A DNA stretch of 63,331 nt, the filler included, from Folioceros fuciformis (lineage: Eukaryota), in assembly GCA_049999805.1 (NCBI GenBank). It is 9 parts of 9 records of this genome, joined end to end, with 100 filler letters (N's around TTAATTAATTAA, not from the genome) between each part and the next. Parts side by side here need not be neighbours in the genome. Positions count along the whole stretch, not along the records: positions 7,183 to 15,425 come from JBNGIO010005808.1; positions 15,526 to 22,502 come from JBNGIO010005809.1; positions 22,603 to 41,512 come from JBNGIO010005810.1; 6 more parts are not named here. One strand, written 5' to 3'. This document shows, in pieces, positions 12,936 through 25,600 of the stretch. The notes beneath the pieces were generated by a model. It was given only the letters and a program-made list of their open reading frames with translations, searched no databases and was not told where the DNA came from. The position numbers and the translations under genes are program-made. Numbering within the stretch: position 1 is the stretch's first letter; each line of letters begins with the position of its first letter.

Positions 12936-13216
12936 CTTTGTATATTTGCTAACCTCCTGCGTGGCACAAACAATCAAAACAATAAAATTAGAATCGTACA
13001 ACATTGACATGATCATACTCCATAAACAATGAAAGCAACATGTGCAATCATTGCACATGATAATCTTCTTATCATTATCATTATGACAAGAAATAAAAAT
13101 AAATGGCCCTAGAACATATCAAAATATCTATCGTACTTACCCTCGTGTCACCCCTTCTCTCTTCCCACACATCCGCGTAAATGAGTGCGCTGGTTTTTTC
13201 CCACTCCGGACCTCAC

Positions 13217-13224
13217 ATATATAG
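13217..13224 (-). promoter_or_regulatory. Putative TATA box of the BED-finger gene
   Basis: CTATATAT on the minus strand ~80 bp upstream of a GAGG/GTAAGT donor. Confidence 0.4.
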
Positions 13225-13549
13225 ACGCGGACCGCACGTGTGAAGACATTGCTTTCGATTGTATGAGAGAAACTTTCGATGCTTCATTCATTAGACCTTA
13301 TAATTTAATTGTGTTCTTTATGACGTATTAGGAAGCTATCGGGTTATAAATTTTATACGTTATACATAAATATTTTTTTTCAGAAAGATAATGCTATACT
13401 TGCATCATTTGTCGTTCCTTTGGCCTTTTTCATGTTTAAGTGTAGTTGAGGGGCTGTCATTCGCCAATTTAAGACTTGTCCCATTAGAGCTCGTACATCT
13501 TCCTACATGATGCCGCTCGCAATGTCTTGTGCTCGATGGAGTGAGAGTA

Positions 13550-14950
13550 TGAGTTTTTCCAGTAATCTTCACACATGATGTCATTCTCCATATCATATTG
13601 TCAATGGCAAAGGAGTGTGAGTTCTTTCAATATGTCTTTACACATGATGCCATTCACCATGTCATGTTCTCAATGACCTACGAGTCTTTGAGTTTCTTCT
13701 TGTATATCTTTACACATGATGCCATTCACCATGTCATATTCTCAATGACCTACGAGTATGAGTTTCTTCTTGTATATCTTTACACATGATGTCATTGACC
13801 ATGTCATGTTCTCGATGGCCTAAGAGTCTGAGTTTCTTTAAAATATCTTGACACATGATGTCATTCACCATGTCATGTTCTCGATAGCAAAAGAGTGTGA
13901 GCACTTTCATGGCTATTTGATGTGCTCATGGCCAAGGAGTGTGAGTTTTTTCCATTATACCTTCACACATGATGTGGTTTGCAATTTCATGTGCTTGATG
14001 ACTAAGGAGTGAGAGTTCTTTTAGTATATCTTCACACATGATGTTATTTGCGACTTGATGTTCTTAATGGCCTGGAAATATCTTCACACATGATGTCGTT
14101 TGCGATGTCATGTTCTCGATGGACTATGAGTATGAGTTCTTTCAATACCTCTTCTTACACATGCTTTTTGTGATGTCATGCTCTCGATGGACTATGAGTA
14201 TGAGTTCTTTCAATACCTCTTCTTACACATGCATTTTGTGATGTCATGTTCTGTATGGCCTAACAATGTGAATTCTTTTAGTACATCTTCATGCATATGC
14301 CATTTGCAACACACATATGGTTTTTGCGATGTGATGTTCTCGATGGCCTATCAATGTGAGTTCTTTTAGAACATCTTCACACTTATGCCGTTTGCAAGAC
14401 ACATTTGGTATTTGCGATGTCATGTTCTGGATGGCCTAACAAAGTGGGTTCTTTTAGAACATCTTCACACATATGCCGTTTGCAAGACACATTTGGTATT
14501 TGCAATGTCATGTTCTGGACGGCCTAACAAAGTGGGTTCTTTTAGAATATCTTCACACATATGCCGTTTGCAATGTCATGTTCTCAATGGCCTAGCAATA
14601 TGAATTCTTTCAGTATATCTTCAATATGTCATGTTCTCGACAACTTGGAAGTATGGATTCTTTCCAGGATGTCATGTTCTCCACAACTTGGAAGTGTGGA
14701 TTCTTTCCAGGATGTCATGTTCTCCACAACTTGGAAGTGTGGATTCTTTCTCTTTCCAGGATGTCATGTTCTCAACAACTTGGAAGTATGGATTCTTTCT
14801 CTTTCCAGGATGTCATGTTCTCAACAACTTGGAAGTGTGGATTCTTTCTCTTTCCAGGATGTTCTCGACAACTTGGAAGTGTTGTCGAAGTGTGGATTCT
14901 TTCTCTTTCCAGGATGTTCTCGACAACTTGGAAGTGTGGATTCTTTCCAA
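13550..14950. repeat. Degenerate tandem array (CATGATGTCATGTTCTC core; ~55-80-bp units grading into 43/49-bp units at 14628-14950)
   Basis: Repeated ATGTCATGTTCTC and CAACTTGGAAGTGTGGATTCTTT motifs. Confidence 0.9.
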
Positions 14951-15525
14951 GTATAGAGCAAGCATATACATTGTGCAAACGGTGTGTTGCTTTGAATGAA
15001 ATTCCTTATTCCTTTTTACCAAAGGATGACAAATCTATGTTGCAAATGGGCCCATCATGGATTCTACTCAAGATCTCATTTGTGAGTATATTATCATCTA
15101 CCCGTGGGCTCAGCTATATAGGGATATGGGATAGGCAAGGTCCACATATATATACTCTTCCATGGAAGACCCTTTGCTCTTGAGACCTATGGGGGCATGG
15201 GCAAGGAGCTTTCAAGGCTTTCAAGGCTTATTAAGGTGAGACATGCCTTGCACTTAGCTGTTATACCTTATTAGGCTCTGAGGATCTAGGCCTTCATGGA
15301 GCGACATACAATGAACCTTGTGTACCAGACACACTTCTTGAACAAGGGCTCACAAGTCTACACACAAGTCTTGCTGGTACACACTTCTTGAACAAGGGCT
15401 CACAAGTCTACACACAAGTCTTGGANNNNNNNNNNNNNNNNNNNNNNNNNNNNNNNNNNNNNNNNNNNNTTAATTAATTAANNNNNNNNNNNNNNNNNNN
15501 NNNNNNNNNNNNNNNNNNNNNNNNN

Positions 15526-17659
15526 GCCTCCATGCGTTTGAGACTAGGGTGCCCTAGTCTACAGTGCCAGATATAAGTGGCATCATTCTGCTCAGTCCTG
15601 ACCCCCAAATATGCATGAGCTGCTTGTGAGGATTTTGCAAACGTACAATCAAGCAGATACAGGTCGGACTCCATTTTTGCAGTCATCAAGATCTCCTTTG
15701 AGGCCATATCTCTTAACCAACAGGTTTCATCATCAAATTCAATCTTTACACCCCAGTCTTTACAAACTTGTCTTACTGAGATGAGATTCTTTCTCATCTG
15801 TGGAACGTGGAGCATTTCTCGCAGATGTCGAATTGATCCATCCGCCAAGAGTAAGGGAACTTCTCCCACTCCAGCTATTTGTAAGCCACTTTCATCACCC
15901 AGAAGGACATAATGTCTTGGGTCCATGCTAGTATAAGNNNNNNNNNNNNNNNNNNNNNNNNNNNNNNNNNNNNNNNNNNNNNNNNNNNNNNNNNNNNNNN
16001 NNNNNNNNNNNNNNNNNNNNNNNNNNNNNNNNNNNNNGTCTTGGGTCCATGCTAGTATAAGTCGAGAAATCCTTTTTACAGTGGCAAATATTTGTGGACG
16101 CTTCGGAATCCACAAACCACCGATTCCTGTCCACTTTGGCATGAGCAAGGTAAACTGCCAGTATCGTGGACGCATTCTTGGTCTTAACTAACATGTTTGC
16201 TTCTCCTTGTGCAGGTTTCCTTGGGTCATCTGCTTTCTTTTTCCTACAGTCATTCTCTACATGCCAAGGTATTCTGCACCAGTTATAGATGATGCGCTTG
16301 TTTGTCTGAAACCCTGAAGACATGCCTCTTCCTCGTCCACGTTGGGCATAGCGCCCTCCTCGACCGCCACGACCACCACTCGATGAGAAGAGAGCTCTAC
16401 TGCTTTGCGAAGCATGCTGCCGGGACGAGGTAAGTGTTGCCTCCTCCTCAAGGAGGGCACCTATTGTGTTAGACAAGGAGACTGCTCCAGCTGCAACAGA
16501 TCTAAGATTACTGTTTTGTGTACTAACAAATACCCAGTATTTTTCCGGGAGTGACATTAATAGTGCTACGGAAGCCTGTAATTCAGTAACCTTGGTGCTT
16601 GCAGATGCCAATTTTTGATGTAGATGGCAAAATCGCATAACGTGATCCTCCACGCTCTCACCGTCCTTCATCTTGCAGTTCGAGAAGGACCGACTTGCAT
16701 GAACGAGTGAGGACTGGTTCGTTGTAGCGAACATCTGGCTTAGAGTAGTCCAAGCCTCATGCGATGTATCGACGTCATCGATGTGGTGAATCATCGAACT
16801 GTCGATCACCAACTCCAGAATTGCTCTGGCTCGTAAGTCCTTCTTCTTCCACGCATCAATGTCTGTTTGCGTAGCCGCCTGTCCAGATGGAATTGCAGTA
16901 GTACCGTTGATCACATCCTAGACGTCTTCTATCTGCAGAATAGTCTTGAGGCGATGGGCCCATACATCATAATTGTGTCCAACAAATCTGTCCTTATCTT
17001 TAAGGTCTAGTTTAATTGCTGTAGTAGCCATCTTTGCAGTGGGACACAGTTTGGATCCCGCAAGTGTAGGAGTCCACAATCTGTGAGACTCCGACCTTGA
17101 TTTCAGTTTATTGGGATCCTTGGTCAACCAGGCAGGAGTTCTGCTCCTTATTCGCTCTGCTGATTTAGAGCGTGCCGGTCTGGAATCCTCCGGCATGACA
17201 TATCTTGTGTCAGCGGTATCCTCACAATAGTGTGTACTTGATCCAGTTTGGTGCTGGATTTAAGTTCTTTAACTACATCCGCATCTCTCTTTTGGAACAT
17301 GATGCAGGGCTTCTATTTCGAGTATAAAGCGATGCATGAGGCAGACGTTCAAATCCTTCTGAGATTTGTTTCACAGATAAATCTGACCTCGTGGACACAT
17401 CGCGTCTGCCAAACTCTATCTTGTTCTCGGTACATCATCTCCAAACTTGGCACCAATTCAATCTTGATGAGACTCGCTCAACTTTGAACTGGCCTAAACG
17501 TTGTTGCGTGCGCCAACGTGTGCCAATGAAAAACTGGTTAGAAAATCTTGATCTTCCCAAGCTTCTTGAACCGTCTTGTTTGTAAGCACAGTCCGCTCAG
17601 TGATGGTGCGTGAAAACACCATCTGATCGCCGATCATTGTAGAACCAGCTCTGATACCA
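15526..17659 (-). mobile_element. Ty1/copia internal 5' part: PBS (tRNA-iMet), leader, gag, protease, GAG-pre-integrase
   Basis: PBS TGGTATCAGAGC at 17659-17648; DKDRFVGHNYDVW, RGGRGG, WFVDSEASTN, WHCRLGH. Confidence 0.92.
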
Positions 17660-17863
17660 TGTAGAATTCATCAAAGATGCATTTTACTATGAATTAGACG
17701 TTTACATAGCATGCGGCTGACGGTTACAACCGTTGGAGTTTACGTTCACGTGACTATTAATATCTAGGACTATTTACGAATATATATAAATAAGTAATTA
17801 GGTTTTTTTCCTATTTAGCTATCCAGGCGGCTACTCTAGACTACTCTTCGATACTTCTTTACA
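17660..17863 (-). repeat. 5' LTR of the copia at 15526-17659
   Basis: TGTA...TACA termini, immediately adjacent to the PBS. Confidence 0.8.
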
Positions 17864-18928
17864 CTCCACAACCTCCCATAAGGTGGAGAGACCTTGTAGG
17901 ATTGTTTTTGTCATTTCACACATTGTGGTCTGTCCCTACTTGCTCTAGGACAAGTGGAGGTGCCGGTTTTGGCGTTGGGTGTGATTTCTAGAGCATGGGC
18001 ACGAGAACGCAAGAGCACGAGAGGTGCACAAAGCAAAAACATTTATATTTTTAGCAAAAGCATAAATGTATACAAGAATTGTATTTCTAGAAAATGTATC
18101 TGATTATGAAACTAACCTAAACTAAAATAATTTCCTTTATCGGTTGTGTGTGTGCGCAGTGCCTGGTAGGAATTGAACGGTGGTGTGGTGGCCAAGGTTG
18201 AGAGGATTGTCCTTAACTCTTGATTGTAAGGGATGTCATGTCTTGCTCTCCTCATCTATCCGTGCTTGGCTTAGGACAAGAGGTGTTGCTGGCTCTGTGC
18301 TTACACAACACCTAGTAGCATCAAGAGGTGCGGTGGCCAGGAGGGCCAAGGGGCTTGTTCTCAGCTCTTCATTGTAAGGGTATATCTTTCTCTTGACTTG
18401 TCCGCTCTTCTTATTTGGTTGAATAAGGGCTTGGTGCCGGCTGTGGCATGTGGTATCTGGTAAGGTTGACGGGTGGAGGTATCCAAGGGGAGTCTGTCTG
18501 TTCAAATGGCTATGACATAGGGGCAAGAGGATACATAGGGGCCCGAGGATACTTAGGAGAAGAGGTAGTAAGAAAGGTATACTCTCCGTTTTTTGGAGGG
18601 GAAAACCATGGGCACCTAACCTTGGGCACCCCGAGCATACTAGAAACAAAGGAAGGAAGTAGCCTAAGAACACAACCATTATCTAGCCTAAGAACACAAC
18701 CGGTATGTAGCCCTCGTTTGGACATGAAGAGCATGCACGTAGCCCCCACGAGAAGTACCGAGTGCGACGATGTGCCCATGAATGCATCCATGAATGACGG
18801 TGCAGCAATTACTTGACCACAATGCTTACGAGCTCTAGCGGGAACCCCTGCATGTTGCCAATGGTTGGTGCATTTCAGTGGGAGTCACAATAAGCATGCA
18901 TTTCAGTAGCAGTTGTCAAGGATATGCC

Positions 18929-21900
18929 TGTTAGAGCCCTATATAGGGCACGTTTCAACAAATATTCTAATATGTATTTAATTAGGTTATTGAGATATCA
19001 TTAGGCATAGTAGTTTCAGTTATAACCGCTTGTGTGTTCACCCCTTGATATGTTGACTCTCTTAATTGTAACATAGAGTGTTCATCGTGTATGCTGATTT
19101 CTTATCATGGTATTAGAGCCATGCAAATCTTTGATTGAAATGTACTTCCCATAAAGGGGATGCTAACAACATGGCCAGACACGGTAGAAAGAGTTAAGGG
19201 AATTTCACCAAATTTTCCCCAGCTTTTATCTACCGTGGTCATGACCACCCTGCTAGAGCACCAATAGCTCAGAGGCAAACACCTGTCCAGTGCAGTTGTG
19301 ATCCAAGGCCCCCCTGCACATCTTGTAGGAGACATTCCTCTAATGTTTCCTTGTAGGCCATTCAAAGTCAATTAGAACACATTGAAGGCCGTCAATTACA
19401 AGTACTTGCTTTCATGTAGCACTTCGAGAAATGTCAACGATTAGCCCTCCCCAACATGGTGAAAATGATTACTCGAAAACAGGATGAAATCATTAATCTG
19501 CAAAAATCACTATTCCAATTAGAATAGAAGATCAATAAACTTACTTTAGTTATCATTGGCAATTCCTCTAGTTCATCCACAGAAGCAAAAGACAAGCACT
19601 TAGCCAATGATGATTGCTTACCCAAGATTCCATGTGTAGAAGATTTTCTAGCTAATCCCTCTATAGCTAGATGTTTTTCAGGTCCAGATTTAGACTAGAT
19701 CTGGGCACTAGGCCCTCTGGATGTGGTCTTTGCCCAATCGAGCTTACAGACCATTAAAAATTAGAAAAACCACACACCACCACTTATGGCTAGATCAAAT
19801 TCTGCAGGATCAAGCACCACCACTATTAATAATACATATAAATATGACTTCAAGCAAAAAGACAAGTTTACTCGAAGTGAATATGACATTTGGTCAATGC
19901 GGATGCAAGGTATTTTGGAAGACAGCGATTTGTAGGATGTTGTTGATGGTACATATGCTAAACCTGCAGCAACTGGCAGAAATGCAGCACTAGCATCTGA
20001 CATTGCAGCATGGACCAAAACAAATAAGAGAGCAAGGAATGTGATCCTCTCCAGGTTAGACAAGAGTACTGCTCATCATGTCATAGGTGCAGTAAGTGCA
20101 GCTTTGGCTTGGTCAAATCTCAAGCAGCTGTACAAATCTGTGGACACAATGAGTAAAGTGAATGTAACTAGGGCATTTTATCATTTGAAGATGAATGAAA
20201 CAGACAAGGCTGTCAACATATCAAATCGTTCAAGACAGCCAGAGCAAGATTAGCATCATGCGGCACAGATTTGGATGAAAGCCAAACAGCCATAGCTTTG
20301 CTAGGCTCCCTCCCTAACAGTTACCGCAAATTCAAGACGACACAAAATGGTGTTCTCAAGCAAGCCACTCTTGCGGCAAAGAAGTCACTTGGACAACCAA
20401 TTGATTTCTCTATCTCGGAGTTGGTCGGAGCCCTCATGGAGGAAGAGGCCTCAAGAGGCCTGCCCAGCACATCTAATGCTGGAGCCCAAGGAAGAGCCCT
20501 CTTTGTGGTCAGAGGAAGAGGTCGAGGCCGCGGACGTGGCCGTCCTCCATATGGCAGTCGACCACCAATTGCAGCACCACGAAGGAAAGGGAGCTGTCAC
20601 TGGTGTCAAATAGAGGGGCATTGTGAAAGAGAATGCCGACGGAAAAAGGATGGTGAGCCTAGGAGAGGTAACCCTGCCAATACTAACATAGTACAGAAGC
20701 CACCTGTACTTCTAGTTGTCTACCTAGTTACCTCTTAGAATGATATGGCAAATTGGTACGTTGATAGTGGTGCCTTTGCACACATTTGCAATACAAGATC
20801 ATATTTTACCTCTTACATACCTAGTCAGCATGGCAGCTTTGTTCTCCTAGTTGATGATAATGGTCTGATTGTCCAAGGTCGAGGCACAATTCATCTTAGG
20901 TGTGCAAGAGGTGAGATCCTGCAACTTGATGATGTCTATCATGTACCTCAGATGGCCAAAAATCTGTTATCTATTAGACAGTTCACAATGTTAGGGAGAC
21001 ATCAAGTTCAATTTACCAGTCAGCTATGTGCTATCCAAGACATTAGCAGCTCACCACCAGTCTGCATTTGTGAAGGGAGACCGCTACATGACCTTTATTG
21101 TCTGGAGTTAAAGTCTGCTCCAGTCTCCCATCTTGCATGTTTTTCAAAAGCACAGTTATCAGCCTAGTGGCATTGTCGGCTTGCTCATGTCAATTCACGT
21201 AAACTCATGAAACTTAGTCTTAGCAATCTTTACCTAGATAAGATACCTGCCCTGTCGGATGTGTCTTTCCGTGAGAGTTGCGTTTACTCTAAGAACTGAG
21301 TGTCCCCTTTCCCTATCGGACCTGCAACTAGAGCCACACATCCGTTAGATTTGGTCCATACAAATCTATGTGGCCCTATGTCATGTCCATCCTTTAGCCA
21401 TTCGTCGTGTTTCATGTCGATGGTGGATAATGCCATGAGAATGACCTACACCTATTTTTTGAGGCACAAGTCAAAAGCTGTGGACAAATTCAAGGAGCAC
21501 ATGGATACGGCAGAACGCCAATTGGGCACTCAACTAAAGGCAATTAGAACAGATGGCGGAGGTGAATTTGTATCAGGTTCCTTCACACAGCTTTGTATAT
21601 CGAAGGGCATACAGAAGCAGAGAAGTGTACCTTATTCCCAGGCACAAAACGGGGTAGCTGAGTGGTGTCATCAGTGGCTTGTTGAGGCTACTCACTCAAT
21701 GCCTCATAGTGCAAATTTGCCCAAGACCTATTGGGCAGAGGCGATCTCAATAGCCACTTACTTGAAAAATCGCCTTCCCACCTCAGCAGTTGACGATACA
21801 CCTTACCAGGCCTGGACAAGATGCAAACCCTCCTTATTGCATCTACGAGCGTTTGGAGCACCTGCATATTTGCACATACCCAAGCAACTGCGTCAGAAAT

Positions 21901-22012
21901 TGGATTTAAAGGCCACCAAACTACTTTTTGTCGGCTACATGGAAGGCATCAAAGGCTACAAGTTGGTGCATCCCCAAACTCACCGGATTATATATTCGAG
22001 GAGTGTAGTTAT
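18929..22012 (+). mobile_element. Ty1/copia element 5' part (LTR 18929-19107, PBS 19108-19119, gag from ~19786, protease, integrase), degenerate
   Basis: TGTTAG...TATCA then TGGTATTAGAGC; CHWCQIEGHCEREC, WYVDSGA, RTDGGGEF, YWAEA; many stops. Confidence 0.92.
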
Positions 22013-22502
22013 TGTAGGGTTATTAAAGCCCAATGTGCTTAGACTAATGTGTTTAGTCTAAGATTAATGTCTAGTTAAGTATCATTAGTTTAGATTAGCT
22101 TAAGCTAATATGTAGGAAGCTTCTTGCGCAGCTTCCTATACGCTTCTTGTGAAGCTTCATAGGGAGCTCTTCTAGAGGGTAGAAATACCCCCTTGAGCTC
22201 CCTTGCATATTGAGACCTTTTGTGAGAGTGTGACCTCTCTTTCTCCTCTCCTCCTTGCCTCCTCCTCTCCTCTCCTTCACCATGCTCCTCTAGCGATCCT
22301 TCAAGTGGTATCAGAGCCAGGTTCCGGAGCAAGATGGTGATGTCCGTGGGTGATGCGGATAGAGGCTCAAGGCTATGAGGTGCGAGGGTCTTGAACCCCG
22401 CCGTGCAAGGAGTGGCAGTACGGAGCACGAGTGATCTTGGGCTGTGTGCAACGTCTGGGGAGCTTCAAGATCGCTAGGAACACCAAGAGCGCCTATGCGT
22501 AG
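22013..22502 (+). mobile_element. Nested LTR retrotransposon 5' end (LTR 22013-22303, PBS 22306-22318)
   Basis: Interrupts the integrase at SRSVV; TG...CA then TGGTATCAGAGCC. Confidence 0.85.
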
Positions 22503-22604
22503 NNNNNNNNNNNNNNNNNNNNNNNNNNNNNNNNNNNNNNNNNNNNTTAATTAATTAANNNNNNNNNNNNNNNNNNNNNNNNNNNNNNNNNNNNNNNNNN
22601 NNAC

Positions 22605-25600
22605 TGTTAGAGTTATTAAATATTTCTTAAGTTACATTGTTATATACCTAGGGCTAGTTACTTACGTAAACTCTTGTGGCAGTTATTAGTTGTAACCGTT
22701 CATGGGACATGGACGCTATATCCTTGTTCCCCTACCAATGTAATATATCAGTTTTGCTTTGTTTCTCAGAATGTTCAGCCCACCGATCTGATCCATTAAA
22801 AGCGCAACATGGTATCAGAGTATCACGTTTTGATCCTTTGGGCTCATCGGCTGTTTGCTTTTATTCCGCTATACTAGAATTCCTGAAATAAAATGGAAAT
22901 CGTTGCGAAACCCTAGTAGATGTGGAAAGATGCGTCGCAAGCATCCTTGCAGGCAATCATGGCCGGAATTTGATAAAGCAAAGCAGCGGAGATCTGATTT
23001 TGAAAGGCTTTATTTTAAGAAGATAGCATCGTCCGCTGAAATTAGGGACAGGGCTCGCTTCTTAGACGCTTTTCTTGCTTCTCATATCTCTGCAAACAGC
23101 CGTGCATCATCATCAGATTGTGGACACAAACAGCAGAATCTTGAACGCTTAGCTATTCCTCACAGAAACACTTCCAGACCTGAAGTCTTCACTGAGCGTC
23201 AGGCTATTCTTAACTCAATTCTGAACATTAAGAGCACAACCTTGGAGTATACAGCCCGTATTGATGCTGTTCAGAATCGGCTGGAGTATATTGAGAAGCA
23301 GCGTGTTTCAGATCTGATGACAATGGCAAAACAAGAGACAGAAATTAGTGACCTCAGGGAGCAGATTGCTCGCCTGTCATTGCTCCACTAATTCAGCCTG
23401 TCTCTTATAGGCATCATGGCGACAGGAACTAATCCTGACGTCAATTCAGACAGGTTGCAAGAGAAAGATCGTCTGAACTCACACAATTTTGATGCCTGGA
23501 GCTTTAGGGTGCGTTGCATCCTCGAGGAGAAAATTCTTATGGAAGTTGTTGATGGGTCTGTTCCAAAGAAGGTGGCTGGACAGCCCTCAGGTCCTCCTTC
23601 TCCTGGAGGAACTGTACCTACATGGACAATGAAAGATGAATTAGAGTGGAAGTATAAAGACAAGAAGGCACGAGCAATTCTCGTGGCCTCTGTGTCGCAG
23701 GAAATGATACCTCATATTATACTGACTCAATCCTCAAACAAGGTTTGGTCATTGCTATCAGAGACGTATGACTCCAAGGATATGGTAGCCGAGGCAGCTG
23801 CAACCCTGCAATATCAAACACTTCGCATGAAGGAATCAGACTCGGTTGAGAGTCATGTAGCCAAGTTTAGGGCATGTAGGGCCAAACTTGCATCCTGTGG
23901 AGTGTTGGTGACAGAATCAAGAGCAGCCATACAGTTGCTCCTCTCCCTTCCACCTAGTTATGAACAGTTCAGTTCCAGTTTACAAACCTCAGCAGTGGTC
24001 ACCCCTGCCACAGCAAATACTCCAGCAACTTCTAATCTAACTGTATAGAAAGTTGTAGGGGCTTTGTTACAGTTTGAAGCCAATAGAAAACAGATGAAAG
24101 GAGGTTCTTCTAGCTCACATACCTTTCACAAACAAAGTGACACAGCACTGTATGCTGGTAGAGGTAGAGGCAGGGGTAGATTTAGAGGAAGGTGGAGAGG
24201 TGGCTCAGGCGGGGGTAGAGGTCAGACGTCCCACACACCTGCAAGTCAGCCAAGTTCTAACTCTACTACCAAACCAGGGAACTGTAACTATTGCGGGAAG
24301 CCAGGCCATTGGGTCAAGGACTGTAGGAAGGTGAAGGATGATGCTGCAAAGGGCAGTCATCCACCAGTAACACATACTGCTAGGGCTACAACGCCTGGAC
24401 TGCTAGTAGCTTGTTTATCCTCTTCTCGAGTAGCCTGTCAGAAGTGGTTTCTTGACACTGGAGCCAGTAATCACATGTGCTCTAAGAGGAAATCCTTCAT
24501 CACTTATGAACCATCACCTACATGCCATTCAACAGCGGTAGTGTTAGGGGACAACTCTACAATACCCATCAAAGGATCTGGGTCAGTTCAGATTACATTG
24601 AGAGATGGCAGCTTCCTAATGCTTGAAGGTGTACTTCATGTTCCTGCTCTCGCTAAAAATCTGGTGAGCACAATGGCTCTTGGAAAGACGAACCTGTATA
24701 GGATCACGTTTGAAGGCACTGAATGCCAGATTTCCAGAGTTGCTTCTCCAACAGTCATCATCGCGAGGGGGACACCACTCTTTGATTTGTACCTTCTTGA
24801 TTTTATATCAGACACACCTAGCGAGGGAGCCAATACAAGTGTTGCCGTTACAACAGCTAGAGCTGGTGATGCTTTCAAGTGGCACTGTCGTCTTGGCCAT
24901 CCTAATATTCAAGCAATGCGGAGACTTCTGAGAGAGAGAATGGTAACAGGCTTTAGTGAAAGTGAATTACCTTATCTCGATCTGTGCGTAGCTTGCGTGC
25001 ATGGAAAACAGTTCAAGTCACACTTTAGCAGTGGAAAGGCGAGAAAACCAACAGAGATTTTGGATTTAGTCCACTCAGATATTTGTGGACCCATGTCTGT
25101 CCCCTCATGGGGAGGAGCCAAATACTTTGTTGTTTTTGAGGACGACAGATCCCACTTTGTTGTAACTGAGCTTCTCCGCCAGAAGAGTGAGGTGTTTGAC
25201 AGCTTCAAACGGTATCTCGCATATGCAGAACGACAAACAGGTTATAAGCTTAAATGCCTTCGTTCTGACAATGGCAAAGAGTACCTGTCTACAGCGTTTC
25301 AAGAATATTGTCAAGAGAGGGGGATCACTCGACAACTTACCATTCCATATCACTCTGATATGAATGGACGTGCTGAAAGGAGACACAGGACTATACAAGA
25401 TGCTGCACGCACTCTTCTGTACCAGGGGCGATTGTCTATCAGGTTTTGGGCAGAGGCTGTGCAGGTTGCCACTTATCTCCAGAACAGGTCAGCTGTATCC
25501 TCCCTTCGTGGCTCCACTCCTTTTGAAGTCTGGACGGGTAGTAAACCTGATCTGTCCCATCTAAGAGTTTTCGGCAGCACTGCATATGCCCACATCCCGG

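Noticed and set aside
15914-16061. Duplicated 24-mer and frame break around a 100-N gap
   Set aside because: Contig overlap artefact; both sides are the same protease sequence
17864-18928. Pro-rich, decayed coding-like sequence between two copia LTRs
   Set aside because: Many stops and no identifiable motif; cannot be assigned
24046-24048. Programmed stop-codon readthrough between gag and pol
   Set aside because: The stop is mid-gag, before the zinc knuckle, and related elements here have a sense codon; a point mutation is more likely
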